A DNA stretch of 64,000 nt, taken from positions 1 through 64,000 of the IMG/VR virus record IMGVR_UViG_3300027986_000001; one strand, 5' to 3'. Made by a program: the position numbers and the translations under genes. Positions 9,916 through 18,319 of the stretch are shown here, piece after piece. How positions within the stretch are numbered: the first letter of the stretch is position 1; every line of letters starts with the position of its first letter. The notes beneath the pieces were generated by a model. That model did no database searches, was not told the DNA's origin, and was given only the letters and a program-made list of their open reading frames with translations. This stretch comes from a virus. Its lineage: Duplodnaviria; Caudoviricetes.

Positions 9916-10211
9916 ACGAGCCAACCTACTGCAAGCACTGCGGACGGCGGCTGAAGTTGAAGCCAGCCGAGAGCGATACCCGTCTGGCCCGCCTGTGCCA
10001 GATCCTGAAGGACATGCCGGATCACGAATTCGACAGCTTTATCGAAATAGCGGAGACGATCAGGACCATGCACCCACGCGGGGCGCGTCCCGTCAGGGGA
10101 GAAATAACGGAAATCGAAACCGGCACCAGGATGGCGTGGGACGGGCATTCCTTTGGGTATCATGGTCATGATCCGACGACCCCGCGAAAGATCGACACAG
10201 TTCCGTTCTAG
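9912..10211 (+). CDS. hypothetical protein, LHP-motif paralog
   Basis: FIEIAETIRTMHP. Confidence 0.55.
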   Translation: MNEPTYCKHCGRRLKLKPAESDTRLARLCQILKDMPDHEFDSFIEIAETIRTMHPRGARPVRGEITEIETGTRMAWDGHSFGYHGHDPTTPRKIDTVPF

Positions 10212-10214
10212 GAT

Positions 10215-11003
10215 GTGAATATGAAAACCTTAGCCGTTGTCTGTGGAAGCCCGGAAGAATTCAGCCACTGGAAGCGTGAAGCGTATCCTATCGCTGTGCG
10301 CTTTGGTTGCGATAGGACTTTCCCTGTCTGGTCCATGGAGAGCCTCGGTCGGCTGCGCGGTCTCCAGATCGACGACTTCACCTGCTACGGCACTTGGCAC
10401 CTGTTGCCCGATCGAGAGCGGATTATCGACAGACTGTTGGATATCTGCCCGGTGCGGCAAGGTCACTCCATCAACCCGGCTTTTCCCGCAACGCGCTGTG
10501 CTTTGATAAAAGAAGAGATCAACGAAAAGATCGAGACTAGCTTGGTTACCGGCAACGGATGGTGGACTTCTGCGTTCCCGGAGGCATACCCCGGCAAGGA
10601 CGATCCTGCCTCGGATGCTGGCACGTGGGAGATGAGGCTTCCTACTTATGGGAGCAGTTATGGCGTCTCGCCGCCCGGTTCAGTGATACAGATCGAGCCA
10701 AAGGCCAGCTTCCCACCGAGTCCGCGAGAAGCAGCTATCGAGGAATTGACCGCCATCGCCCGCCGCCTGTCGCAGGAGAATCTCAACGAACTCGTAGAGG
10801 TCGCCAAGACCATTCAGGCGCTGCATCCAATAAAGAAACAGGAGGAGGGCGAGTATCAGTTCAGCTTCAAAACGGCGCACCTCAAATGCGACGGCACGCA
10901 GTGGTGGGTAGGTGACAAACCAGTGGCCGAGTGGGTAGCCGGTCCCGATGACGAAAAATCCGTTCCCGTCTGGAGCCCGCCCAGCATAGAAGAAAACTCT
11001 TGA
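10215..11003 (+). CDS. mosaic hypothetical protein, LHP-motif paralog
   Basis: LVEVAKTIQALHP; contains LKCDGTQWWV shared with 30948..31514. Confidence 0.6.
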   Translation: MNMKTLAVVCGSPEEFSHWKREAYPIAVRFGCDRTFPVWSMESLGRLRGLQIDDFTCYGTWHLLPDRERIIDRLLDICPVRQGHSINPAFPATRCALIKEEINEKIETSLVTGNGWWTSAFPEAYPGKDDPASDAGTWEMRLPTYGSSYGVSPPGSVIQIEPKASFPPSPREAAIEELTAIARRLSQENLNELVEVAKTIQALHPIKKQEEGEYQFSFKTAHLKCDGTQWWVGDKPVAEWVAGPDDEKSVPVWSPPSIEENS

Positions 11004-11034
11004 CTCTTGACTTGTATCTCCGCATACTGAACCC

Positions 11035-11490
11035 ATGAGCAAGAGCGGAATCTTTATGGGGACGACCGAGGCCCCGATTCACCGCAGCATACAGGAGATA
11101 CACGAGCTTTTGGTGCAGGCCGGTGCGACCGAGGTTTCGTCGGTCTACAGCCAAGGCCACATCTCCGGCATGACCTGGGCGATGACCATCGAAGGGAAGT
11201 CGCTGCGGTTCAAGATGCCCGCCAGGGTTGAGGCTTTGAAGCAGCAGTTGCTGAGCCAGTACCGTCGCGGCCCGCGAGGCGATACCGACATCTCAGTCAA
11301 GGCCGAGCGTATCGCTTGGCGGCAACTTTTCCGCTGGGTGCAGGCGCAGGTGGCGTTTGTTGAGACCGGCATGGCACAGCGGCACGAAGTGTTTATGCCA
11401 TACGTGCAGAGCCCCAATGGGCAGACTATGTTCGAGTTGTTTCACGAGACGCAATTCAAGCGTATCGAGGCTCCCGGTAAAAAGTCTTGA
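11035..11490 (+). CDS. conserved phage hypothetical protein (S..EI..LL...GA...AER.AWR....WV.AQ.A...EVFMPY)
   Basis: Family motif; leaderless promoter TTGACT 11000/CATACT 11023. Confidence 0.75.
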   Translation: MSKSGIFMGTTEAPIHRSIQEIHELLVQAGATEVSSVYSQGHISGMTWAMTIEGKSLRFKMPARVEALKQQLLSQYRRGPRGDTDISVKAERIAWRQLFRWVQAQVAFVETGMAQRHEVFMPYVQSPNGQTMFELFHETQFKRIEAPGKKS

Positions 11491-11519
11491 CTTCGCGAAT
11501 TTCTGCCGTTATAGTTCTT

Positions 11520-11690
11520 GCAGTGTTGCATGTGTTCTCTCCAACTGCGGTTCGAAGCGGATTCCCGGTGACCTGGGGAGGTGAACGGTAGTCCGCTTCG
11601 GTTTTACTATTGGCCATCTTAGGGAACAACCACACAGAAACCGGAGACATGATCCGGGTCATGGCGGGCGACGGGTCCCGCCACTTTTCT
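11520..11690 (+). ncRNA. putative structured small RNA
   Basis: Own promoter (TTGACT 11487, 17 bp, TATAGT 11510), stem CGAAGCGGA/TCCGCTTCG, terminal hairpin TGGCGGG/CCCGCCA + T-tract; no good ORF. Confidence 0.5.
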
Positions 11691-11916
11691 GATCTCGCCG
11701 CTCTTGACTTCCTCGTCTTTCCGCCTCATACTTCATCCAACTGAGCCGCATCGCGAATACCCCCTAACACACCGAGGCGGCTACTCCTATCAGGGCGTGG
11801 AGATCACGATCCTCCGCGCCCTGAAAACAAAACTCTTGACTTTTGACTTGGCGGGAATTACTCTTGACGTGTCGGCAACAGCCGAACATCAAAATACACG
11901 AAAAGGAGGTTGTCTT

Positions 11917-12585
11917 ATGGCAACCAGCACCGCAACACCAAAGGCAGTTGTTTCAATTCCGGCCCCGAAGTTTGGGGAGGCCGAGTTCGAGATCATCGGG
12001 ACTGAGGTTTTAGTAATCCACAGGTTCTCCGCCAAAACCAAACAGCAAATGAAATCAAAGATGGAAGAAGGTAAAAGTGCGGGCAGCAAGAAGAACCGCG
12101 AGGCCACATCGACTGATGATTTGTACCAAGCGGCCCGGTACATCAGCCCTGAAGGGTGGGATGGATTTCACGCCGCATCAATCCGCAATGCAATGATAAG
12201 CGCCTGCCGCTTAGTGGGCTACAAGATGACTCTCGCAAAAATGAGCATCTTTGTTTTGGCGGACGGGCACGACGCAATCGAGCCTCAGATTCCACTGGTC
12301 CGCATCTATGGCGAGCCTAAAAAACAAGAGGACATGGCGCGCGTGGAAACCGGCCAGCCGTACGTGACGGTGCGTGCGGCGTACCATGACTGGAGCGCCA
12401 AGGTCCGCATTCGTTGGGACTCTGACCAGTTCAAGTTGGAGGATGTTAGCAATCTGCTTTCAAGAGTAGGATTGCAGGTAGGTCTATGTGAGGGCAGACC
12501 GGACTCCAAAAACTCCTGCGGTATGGGCTGGGGCCTATTCCGTATCAAGGGGAGTGAAGACAATAAATTAGAGGCAGCAGCGTGA
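11917..12585 (+). CDS. solo RAMP superfamily (Cas7/Csm3-like) protein, putative guide-RNA-binding effector
   Basis: AAGGAGG RBS; beta1 motif FEIIGTEVLVIH, GFHAASIRNAM (cf. RAMP iPgsslKGalR), C-terminal Gly-rich loop GLQVGLCEGRP...GMGWGLF; 222 aa. Confidence 0.7.
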   Translation: MATSTATPKAVVSIPAPKFGEAEFEIIGTEVLVIHRFSAKTKQQMKSKMEEGKSAGSKKNREATSTDDLYQAARYISPEGWDGFHAASIRNAMISACRLVGYKMTLAKMSIFVLADGHDAIEPQIPLVRIYGEPKKQEDMARVETGQPYVTVRAAYHDWSAKVRIRWDSDQFKLEDVSNLLSRVGLQVGLCEGRPDSKNSCGMGWGLFRIKGSEDNKLEAAA

Positions 12586-13008
12586 CAAATCCGACTATCA
12601 TCGCAGAATTGAAAAGGGTAGCCGCCGAACATGGCGGCTATCTCCGCCCGAAGGATGTTGTTAAGGCGGCCCGTGAGGAAACCTCGCCATTACACAGCCA
12701 GTTCACCTGGGATAACAATCTCGCCGCTGAAAAGTACCGCCTGCATCAAGCGCGGCAATTAATCTCGGTGGTGGTCGAGTACACGGGGCCTGAAATGAAT
12801 CAGATGAGCCGCGTGTTCGTCTCCTTGACTGAGAATCGGCGTGAGGCGGAAGGGTACATTGAAACCGCCGTCGCAATGTCTGACCCGAGAAGACGCGAAA
12901 GGCTTTTAAAAGGATGCGCTCTTAGAGCTGCGTGCGTTTCAAAAAAAGTATGCTGATCTTGAGCAGTTGGCTAAGGTTTTCGCCGCTTTGGATGACGTGG
13001 CGGCTTGA
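12582..13008 (+). CDS. small partner protein of the RAMP gene (L.P..VV.AA....SPLH..F.WD...AA..YRL.QAR.LI); 1-nt frameshift near 12908-12911
   Basis: GTGA overlap with RAMP stop; removing one A in TTTAAAAGG gives ...LLKDALLELRAFQKKYADLEQLAKVFAALDDVAA* ending 13008. Confidence 0.7.
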
Positions 13009-13632
13009 GTTCGGTTTGGTTCGGCTGGGCAGGTAGGGAGCGGCAAGGTGGGATGAGGCTCGTCCCGATCAAGGCAAGGTTCGGCAGGCGAGGGATGGTG
13101 GGTTATGTTAGGTTGCGGCGCGTAACGGGCTGTCTCGGTCGGTAGTGGGAGGCAAGGTTGGGCAGGAGCGGCCAGGGAGGGTCCGTTAAGCTGTGGAATA
13201 GCGGGGTGAGTTTTGGCAGGTGTGGCAATGAATGATCTGCCGGGGCGAGGAGGGATTTAGAGAGGTCTGGCAGGCGCGGACTTGTGTGGCAGGCATTTGG
13301 TCGGGATGGCAGCGGAATGTCCTGGAAGCGCAGGCTAGGGCTGGAATGGTCCGGGTTGGTATGGATAGGTGTTGCGGGCGATGGCAAGGAAAGGCCGGTA
13401 TGGAGGGGGCTGCAGGGGACAGGTCTGATGGGGGCAGTTGCGGCTAGGACTGGCTGGATTCGGTTTGGCGGGCCTGGACAGGATGGCCTCGGAGCGCCTG
13501 GGTCAGGCCCGGCCTGTATGTGGCGCGGCAGGCAAGGAAAGCTGGAGCTGGGTGCGTTGTTGTTGGCATGGAGTGGGAGGGCAGGCGAGGGATGGACAGG
13601 CGAGCAGTGGAATGGAAATGCAGGAGTGGAAA
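13009..13632 (+). ncRNA. main array of GGN-NN pentamer repeats, units delimited by GGCA(GG); putative guide RNAs
   Basis: 5-nt GG periodicity; GGCAGG at 13028, 13083, 13161, 13215, 13269, 13288, 13527, 13580; several units exactly 54 nt (10 pentamers + GGCA). Confidence 0.8.
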
Positions 13633-13644
13633 AAGGGAGGCGGA

Positions 13645-14460
13645 ATGAGTCCAGAACAAAACGTGAAAAAAGTTGCAATCAACACAATTAGCGTTGATCC
13701 AACGTTGCAAATCAGAGTCGATTTCGACACAGGTGTCGTCAAGGAGTACGCGGCAATCGTTGCGGACAGGGATATGGACCCTGTAACTCTCTTTGACACG
13801 GGAAAGGCGCTGCTACTTGCGGATGGAGCGCACAGAAGGGCGGCTTACATAAAGGCCGGTAAAACGGAAATCCCAGCCGTAACCGTCAAGGGCACGCACT
13901 CAGATGCACTGCGATATTCAATCCAGAAAAATTGCAGGCATGGCATCAAGGTCACGAACCAGGACAAGCGTCGAGCGGCCAGTTTGGCGGTTTTAGACGC
14001 CGATCTTGCCAAGTTGCCAGACGCGGAACTCGGAGAGCTGATCGGCGTGAGCGGCACCCTCGTTGCGGATTGCCGACGTGGAGAAACTCCAGCCGCAAAA
14101 CGCGAAAGAGCCGCAAGCAGAAAATCGAAGAACGGCCAAGGCCCGGCAGTGGTTAGCGTGACAGCGCATGAAAGGAGAAAAGTTGGCGAGACTCGACCGA
14201 CCAAGGCAATGTGCCTAAAGTCAATCGAGTCATGGACAAACGACAGCCTTGTCGATGAGGCGGATATTATTAAGCTGTTCGAGTCGGCCAAGGGCGAGTA
14301 CGTGTTCCTACCCAAAGAAGGCGGCGATTTAAAGGTCACGGTTGTCGGTAAGACGGGCCGGGCGCAGATCGCGGATATAAAAATGATCGTCAAAGACCTA
14401 AATTTTGAGGAGATCAAGCTGAAGTCGGAGAAGTTCGTGATATCAGCGGAGAAGGCATAA
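13645..14460 (+). CDS. ParB/Srx-like N-terminal domain protein with HTH
   Basis: LQIRV...V.EYA...PV.LF....LLADGAHR..A; N..HG...T..DKRRA; HTH DAELGELIGVSGTLV; GGGAGG RBS before ATG 13645. Confidence 0.8.
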   Translation: MSPEQNVKKVAINTISVDPTLQIRVDFDTGVVKEYAAIVADRDMDPVTLFDTGKALLLADGAHRRAAYIKAGKTEIPAVTVKGTHSDALRYSIQKNCRHGIKVTNQDKRRAASLAVLDADLAKLPDAELGELIGVSGTLVADCRRGETPAAKRERAASRKSKNGQGPAVVSVTAHERRKVGETRPTKAMCLKSIESWTNDSLVDEADIIKLFESAKGEYVFLPKEGGDLKVTVVGKTGRAQIADIKMIVKDLNFEEIKLKSEKFVISAEKA

Positions 14461-14476
14461 TGATTCACGGTCTCCT

Positions 14477-14554
14477 GGTGCGGCAGGCAAGGTGGGGCAA
14501 GGTAGGTTTGGGGCAGGATCGGTCCGGCGTGTAAGGGCAGGCGAGGCGCGGCAT
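14477..14554 (+). ncRNA. orphan pentamer array B (one full 10-pentamer unit 14486-14535 between GGCA delimiters)
   Basis: ggca ggcaa ggtgg ggcaa ggtag gtttg gggca ggatc ggtcc ggcgt gtaag ggca. Confidence 0.8.
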
Positions 14555-14602
14555 TCTCTTGACTTTTGCCTCGCTTGCCGTTAGCCTTGGCTTAACAAAA
14601 CT

Positions 14603-14911
14603 ATGGGGTCAACAACCAACCGATGGCAGTCGCCGGTCAGGCCGCGAGAGCTGCGCCGCATGCTGCGGGAGAAAGAGATCAAGATGGCCCCGATCCCGCC
14701 CATGCCCCCAGAGTACACGGACTACCGGCAGAAGCGTCTACGGTTTGCTGTTAGCTGTGCGGTCCTGTTCTTGAAAGGCAAAGACTACGAAGGCATAGCT
14801 CGAAAAGTCGGAATCCGGCGGTCGATCTCTAAACAAAACTTGCAACTCTATATTTCCAAGGGCGCGAAGTTTCTCATAGACAGGGGCTGTTTTATCGGGT
14901 TAAAGACATGA
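14603..14911 (+). CDS. basic protein, probable HTH DNA-binding
   Basis: GKDYEGIARKVG...SKQNLQLYISKG; promoter TTGACT 14559/TAGCCT 14582. Confidence 0.6.
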   Translation: MGSTTNRWQSPVRPRELRRMLREKEIKMAPIPPMPPEYTDYRQKRLRFAVSCAVLFLKGKDYEGIARKVGIRRSISKQNLQLYISKGAKFLIDRGCFIGLKT

Positions 14912-15396
14912 TCTGGAATAGCCTGCAGTCTCCGTGGTTCTGGGTGGCGATGGCGGTCATCGGCGGCATAGCCATCAGATCGGGCATATCCAAGGCCCTG
15001 TCCGCTTGGAGGAACTACCGGGACGACCTGATCTACAAGTTGCGGATGGATATCGAATCTCCCAAGAAGCCGCCGGAGCCGTCCGAGCCCGAGCAGTCTA
15101 ATATTGGACAGCCCGCCAACGGCCACAGCCCAGAGGACGACAAGATCCTACTGGCAATTCTGAACGGCCAGCGCGAGGGCTTACGGTTTCAGGCCGAGCA
15201 AATCAAACTACTGCGGCGACTGAATGGCTTGTTTCGCGGGGAGTCCTACGATGACGTGGATGACTCCCGAGCCACCGAGATTGAGGAGATTAACAACCTG
15301 ATGGAGCGCTATCAGATCCCGCGCCAGGAGGCTGAGGCGAGGGTGCGGGAGAAGCGGACGTACACGGCCAAGGATTTCGGCCTGGGAGAAAGATAG
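14908..15396 (+). CDS. membrane-anchored hypothetical protein
   Basis: N-terminal hydrophobic helix; ATGA overlap. Confidence 0.6.
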   Translation: MIWNSLQSPWFWVAMAVIGGIAIRSGISKALSAWRNYRDDLIYKLRMDIESPKKPPEPSEPEQSNIGQPANGHSPEDDKILLAILNGQREGLRFQAEQIKLLRRLNGLFRGESYDDVDDSRATEIEEINNLMERYQIPRQEAEARVREKRTYTAKDFGLGER

Positions 15397-16367
15397 TGGC
15401 TCTATCGCAGGCAAAACTAACTCGCATCATCGCGCGACGGATCTCTCGTTCCATGGGGGTAGACCAGGATGCGGCAATGGTCGTGGCTAACGAGATCCGG
15501 GAGGACATCAACGAACAGATTTGGATGGATTCTGAAGATGAAGGCAACGGCATCCGACCGATCACGCAAGGCCGGGAGCCAGAGCGCCCCACTGCCCCGC
15601 CGCCGCCAGCTAACATCATGGCCCCGGTCGAGCCGCAGCCCGTCAAGAGCGGCAAGTTGATCCTGACACCGGACGACCCTGAATTCAAGAAGCCCGATGG
15701 CCTGAAAGACACCAAGGTCCGATCGTTTCCCTTGAGGCGCGTTGCGCCAACCACGACGCCGACCAAGGCTCCAGCCCGTAAGTGGTGGTCGTCGGAAACG
15801 CTAATCCAGGCGCTCAGCGAAAATACCCCGGCTGAGATCCAATTCACGCCAGAGGGCAGCAAGAACGTCATCACGGCGGTACGCAACATCTTGAACCAGG
15901 AAGGCATGGACTGTGTGTACCTTGAATACGCCCACGCTGCCGCCAGCCGCGAACTAGGGAACATAGGGAGGGCGAGTGACGGTTCGCCTACTGGCGCTCC
16001 CAATCTTCCCGCCGTAGCCCGCGTGTGCTTCACCCTATACGACAAAGAGCTGCCGCTGCCCGAGTCTATGGAGTCGATCATGACGCAGCTAAGGGGCATG
16101 TATAAGCCAAGGCCGCAGACCCTAATCCCGGCACTGCCTCCCGATAGACCGCTACGAGTGGCTGACGCCGCGCCTGAGAACACTGCCCAAGAAGATACCG
16201 GGTTGATCTCTGGGTGGAACTCGGTAGGCCCGCGAGTGACTCTGGAAAGGCCGATACCGCTAAGTGACGGCAGTGTAGTCACGGAGGTTTCGGACGCTAC
16301 TCAGTTCGTAAAATCCCGAGTCAAGCAAGGCAATATCGACAACTCTCCGAAAATACCCCACCGCTAG
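15396..16367 (+). CDS. Pro-rich hypothetical protein
   Basis: 323 aa coupled ORF. Confidence 0.65.
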   Translation: MALSQAKLTRIIARRISRSMGVDQDAAMVVANEIREDINEQIWMDSEDEGNGIRPITQGREPERPTAPPPPANIMAPVEPQPVKSGKLILTPDDPEFKKPDGLKDTKVRSFPLRRVAPTTTPTKAPARKWWSSETLIQALSENTPAEIQFTPEGSKNVITAVRNILNQEGMDCVYLEYAHAAASRELGNIGRASDGSPTGAPNLPAVARVCFTLYDKELPLPESMESIMTQLRGMYKPRPQTLIPALPPDRPLRVADAAPENTAQEDTGLISGWNSVGPRVTLERPIPLSDGSVVTEVSDATQFVKSRVKQGNIDNSPKIPHR

Positions 16368-16592
16368 TTGTAAAATATTTTACAATTCCCTAGAATTGCG
16401 GCATGGCTATTCCCAAAGAAGACTTACGCGCATTTCTTCAAGACTGCACCGAACAGACCGAGCGCCCGGACTTAGCGGGCAGAGCCGCAGAGCTGCTAGG
16501 CAAGTTGGAGGAAAAAACCGCCAGCAATGAACCTGAACCGCAAGGCCCTCCGGGAGGGCAGGCCCACTAGCCGATTCGCCGGGTAACCATGT

Positions 16593-16967
16593 GTGGCGTT
16601 CGATCCCAAGGATACTGTCCAGCAACTCATGATGGCGCTGATCACGTCGCTGACGGGGCTAACAGGCTATGCCCTACGTAAGGCAGAGCGGGCCGAGCGT
16701 AAAGCAAAGCATTGCCCTCTTAATTTCGAACAGAGAATGGAAAAGCTAGAGGCCGACCTCTCCTCTTTCAGGCGAAATGAGGCCATGGAAGACGCCCGCT
16801 CGGAGCCGCAACTCATTGAGATTATTCGTCAATTGTCCGAGATAGAAGCAAAGGTTAATCGATCTCTCAGGCAGAATGACGAAACACACGGGCGTCTGGC
16901 CCGGTTAGAGAAATTCCGGGCGACGGTGCAGGATAAGTTCCCGGACGATCTTCCGGCTGGAGACTAG
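16593..16967 (+). CDS. TM + coiled-coil protein (holin/lysis accessory-like)
   Basis: Hydrophobic N-terminus then heptad repeats. Confidence 0.45.
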   Translation: MAFDPKDTVQQLMMALITSLTGLTGYALRKAERAERKAKHCPLNFEQRMEKLEADLSSFRRNEAMEDARSEPQLIEIIRQLSEIEAKVNRSLRQNDETHGRLARLEKFRATVQDKFPDDLPAGD

Positions 16968-17625
16968 GCAGCGACCAGTAAAACTTGCGAGTTGGTTTTA
17001 GGAATAGGCCCCACAGCGCGCAGCAGGCCGACTGCGCAATCCAGTATCCGGTATCCGTAGTTTGCCACGGGACAAGCCCACGAAACATGCCGGTACGATT
17101 ATCCAAGCACCCGGCAGCGGCCTGAAAACCCAGGAATAATAGCAGTGTCCAGAAGTGGACCGCCGTGTTGTGTTTCAAGGGCGTCCCTTGCTTCCATAGG
17201 AAATATCCCGCCGCCACGGCCCAGAGGAACATGGCTACCTGAATGTACTCCCTGAGTATCACGAACTGGTGGAACCCGGACCACGGCTCTCCGCTAACGA
17301 ACGCAATAAACACGGAGCAAAAAATGGCTAACAGGGAGAAACTGGACACTCCCACGAGAAGCCAGCGCATGCCCTCGCGCGTCATCCCTAGCGTTACTCG
17401 GTGAAATGCTTCTAGTAGCATGACACCTCGTCCAATCAGCAGGGCGAGTGTTGTCGCCACCCAAAAGCCGTTCCACCAGTCGGGGCTGTCCTTGTAAAAC
17501 GGGGCGACAGTCACCAGGGATGATGCGATCAGATACCCGTAAAATGCCGGGAAGTTTTTCCACCAGCGCAGGCGAGACAAGCGTACAAGCAGTGCTATCT
17601 GGCAGGCGAGAAAGATAATTCTCAT
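16867..17625 (-). CDS. multi-pass (~7 TM) membrane protein, counter-oriented
   Basis: Successive hydrophobic segments. Confidence 0.65.
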   Translation of the reverse strand: MRIIFLACQIALLVRLSRLRWWKNFPAFYGYLIASSLVTVAPFYKDSPDWWNGFWVATTLALLIGRGVMLLEAFHRVTLGMTREGMRWLLVGVSSFSLLAIFCSVFIAFVSGEPWSGFHQFVILREYIQVAMFLWAVAAGYFLWKQGTPLKHNTAVHFWTLLLFLGFQAAAGCLDNRTGMFRGLVPWQTTDTGYWIAQSACCALWGLFLKPTRKFYWSLPSLQPEDRPGTYPAPSPGISLTGPDARVFRHSA

Positions 17626-17692
17626 GTCTGCTATTATCCTCGCACGTCAAGCAGCAGTTGTAGTTCCTTTGTAAGAACCGCTACAATTCATC

Positions 17693-17995
17693 GTGCAGGA
17701 AACGGCTAATTCCATGTGGCAAGGTCTCGTAATAGCCAACTCTGCGGGCCTGTTTACCTTGTTCGGCTGGCTGATCGGCGTTACCTACGCAGCCGGACAA
17801 CGGGCCAAGCAGATGGACGTGAACACGGAAGCGATCAAGGAAATTCGGGAACGCGGATCGCCCGGAGTCCGCGAGCGATTCGATTCCATCAAAGAAAGGC
17901 TGGATGGTATCTCGCGAGAGCAATCCGCCCAGCGTAAAATTCTGGATCGCTTATCGGATCGGTCCTCGGCTCACGGCGTCATCCAGACGGACTAG
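17693..17995 (+). CDS. TM + coiled-coil protein (XhlA/holin-like)
   Basis: One TM followed by coiled coil. Confidence 0.45.
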   Translation: MQETANSMWQGLVIANSAGLFTLFGWLIGVTYAAGQRAKQMDVNTEAIKEIRERGSPGVRERFDSIKERLDGISREQSAQRKILDRLSDRSSAHGVIQTD

Positions 17996-18001
17996 AGAGA
18001 C

Positions 18002-18307
18002 ATGAAGGTAACAATCAAAATGAATATCCCAAGCGACCGAACCGAGCAGCACTTCTTGATGATGGTCGGGCTAATGCTCACCTTCTTCTTCACGCAGATA
18101 TTCATTGAGGGGATCATAGCCCTGAGGTGGGTATCGCCGGACAGTATGAGCCAAAGTTTAGCCATGTCTCACGACGCTTTTCTGACTTTCTTCGGACTAG
18201 CCGCCGGGATCTTTCATGGCATGGTGCCGCAGATTGCGGGCCGCGCCCCGTTCTTGGTTCCGCCGCAGCCCGCGCCGGAGCCCGAGAAACTCGAACCCGC
18301 TGCGTGA
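18002..18307 (+). CDS. 2-TM protein, putative holin
   Basis: Two hydrophobic helices, charged tail. Confidence 0.4.
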   Translation: MKVTIKMNIPSDRTEQHFLMMVGLMLTFFFTQIFIEGIIALRWVSPDSMSQSLAMSHDAFLTFFGLAAGIFHGMVPQIAGRAPFLVPPQPAPEPEKLEPAA

Positions 18308-18319
18308 TACTATCGCTCC

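Noticed and set aside
11520-11690. tRNA
   Set aside because: Contains GGTTCGAA but no cloverleaf or acceptor stem could be built
11704-11916. 71-aa N-terminal extension of the RAMP ORF
   Set aside because: Starts at a TTG within a -35 box; the strong RBS is at ATG 11917
13165-13268. Two array units loosely matching the ParB-like gene (10/20 and 11/20 nt)
   Set aside because: Too weak to distinguish from chance after scanning a whole gene
13471-13520. Array unit matching CSACQ in the EndoVII gene (5 consecutive dinucleotides)
   Set aside because: A 10-nt gapped match is expected by chance in a window this size, and the flanks mismatch
13009-13632. CRISPR array
   Set aside because: No 23-47 nt identical repeats with unique spacers; the periodicity is 5 nt
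13103-13710. ORFs across the pentamer array (13103..13678 -, 13284..13691 +, N-terminal extension 13438..13644)
   Set aside because: Low-complexity G/W/R or P/S translations caused by the 5-nt GG periodicity; the real ParB-like start is 13645 with an RBS
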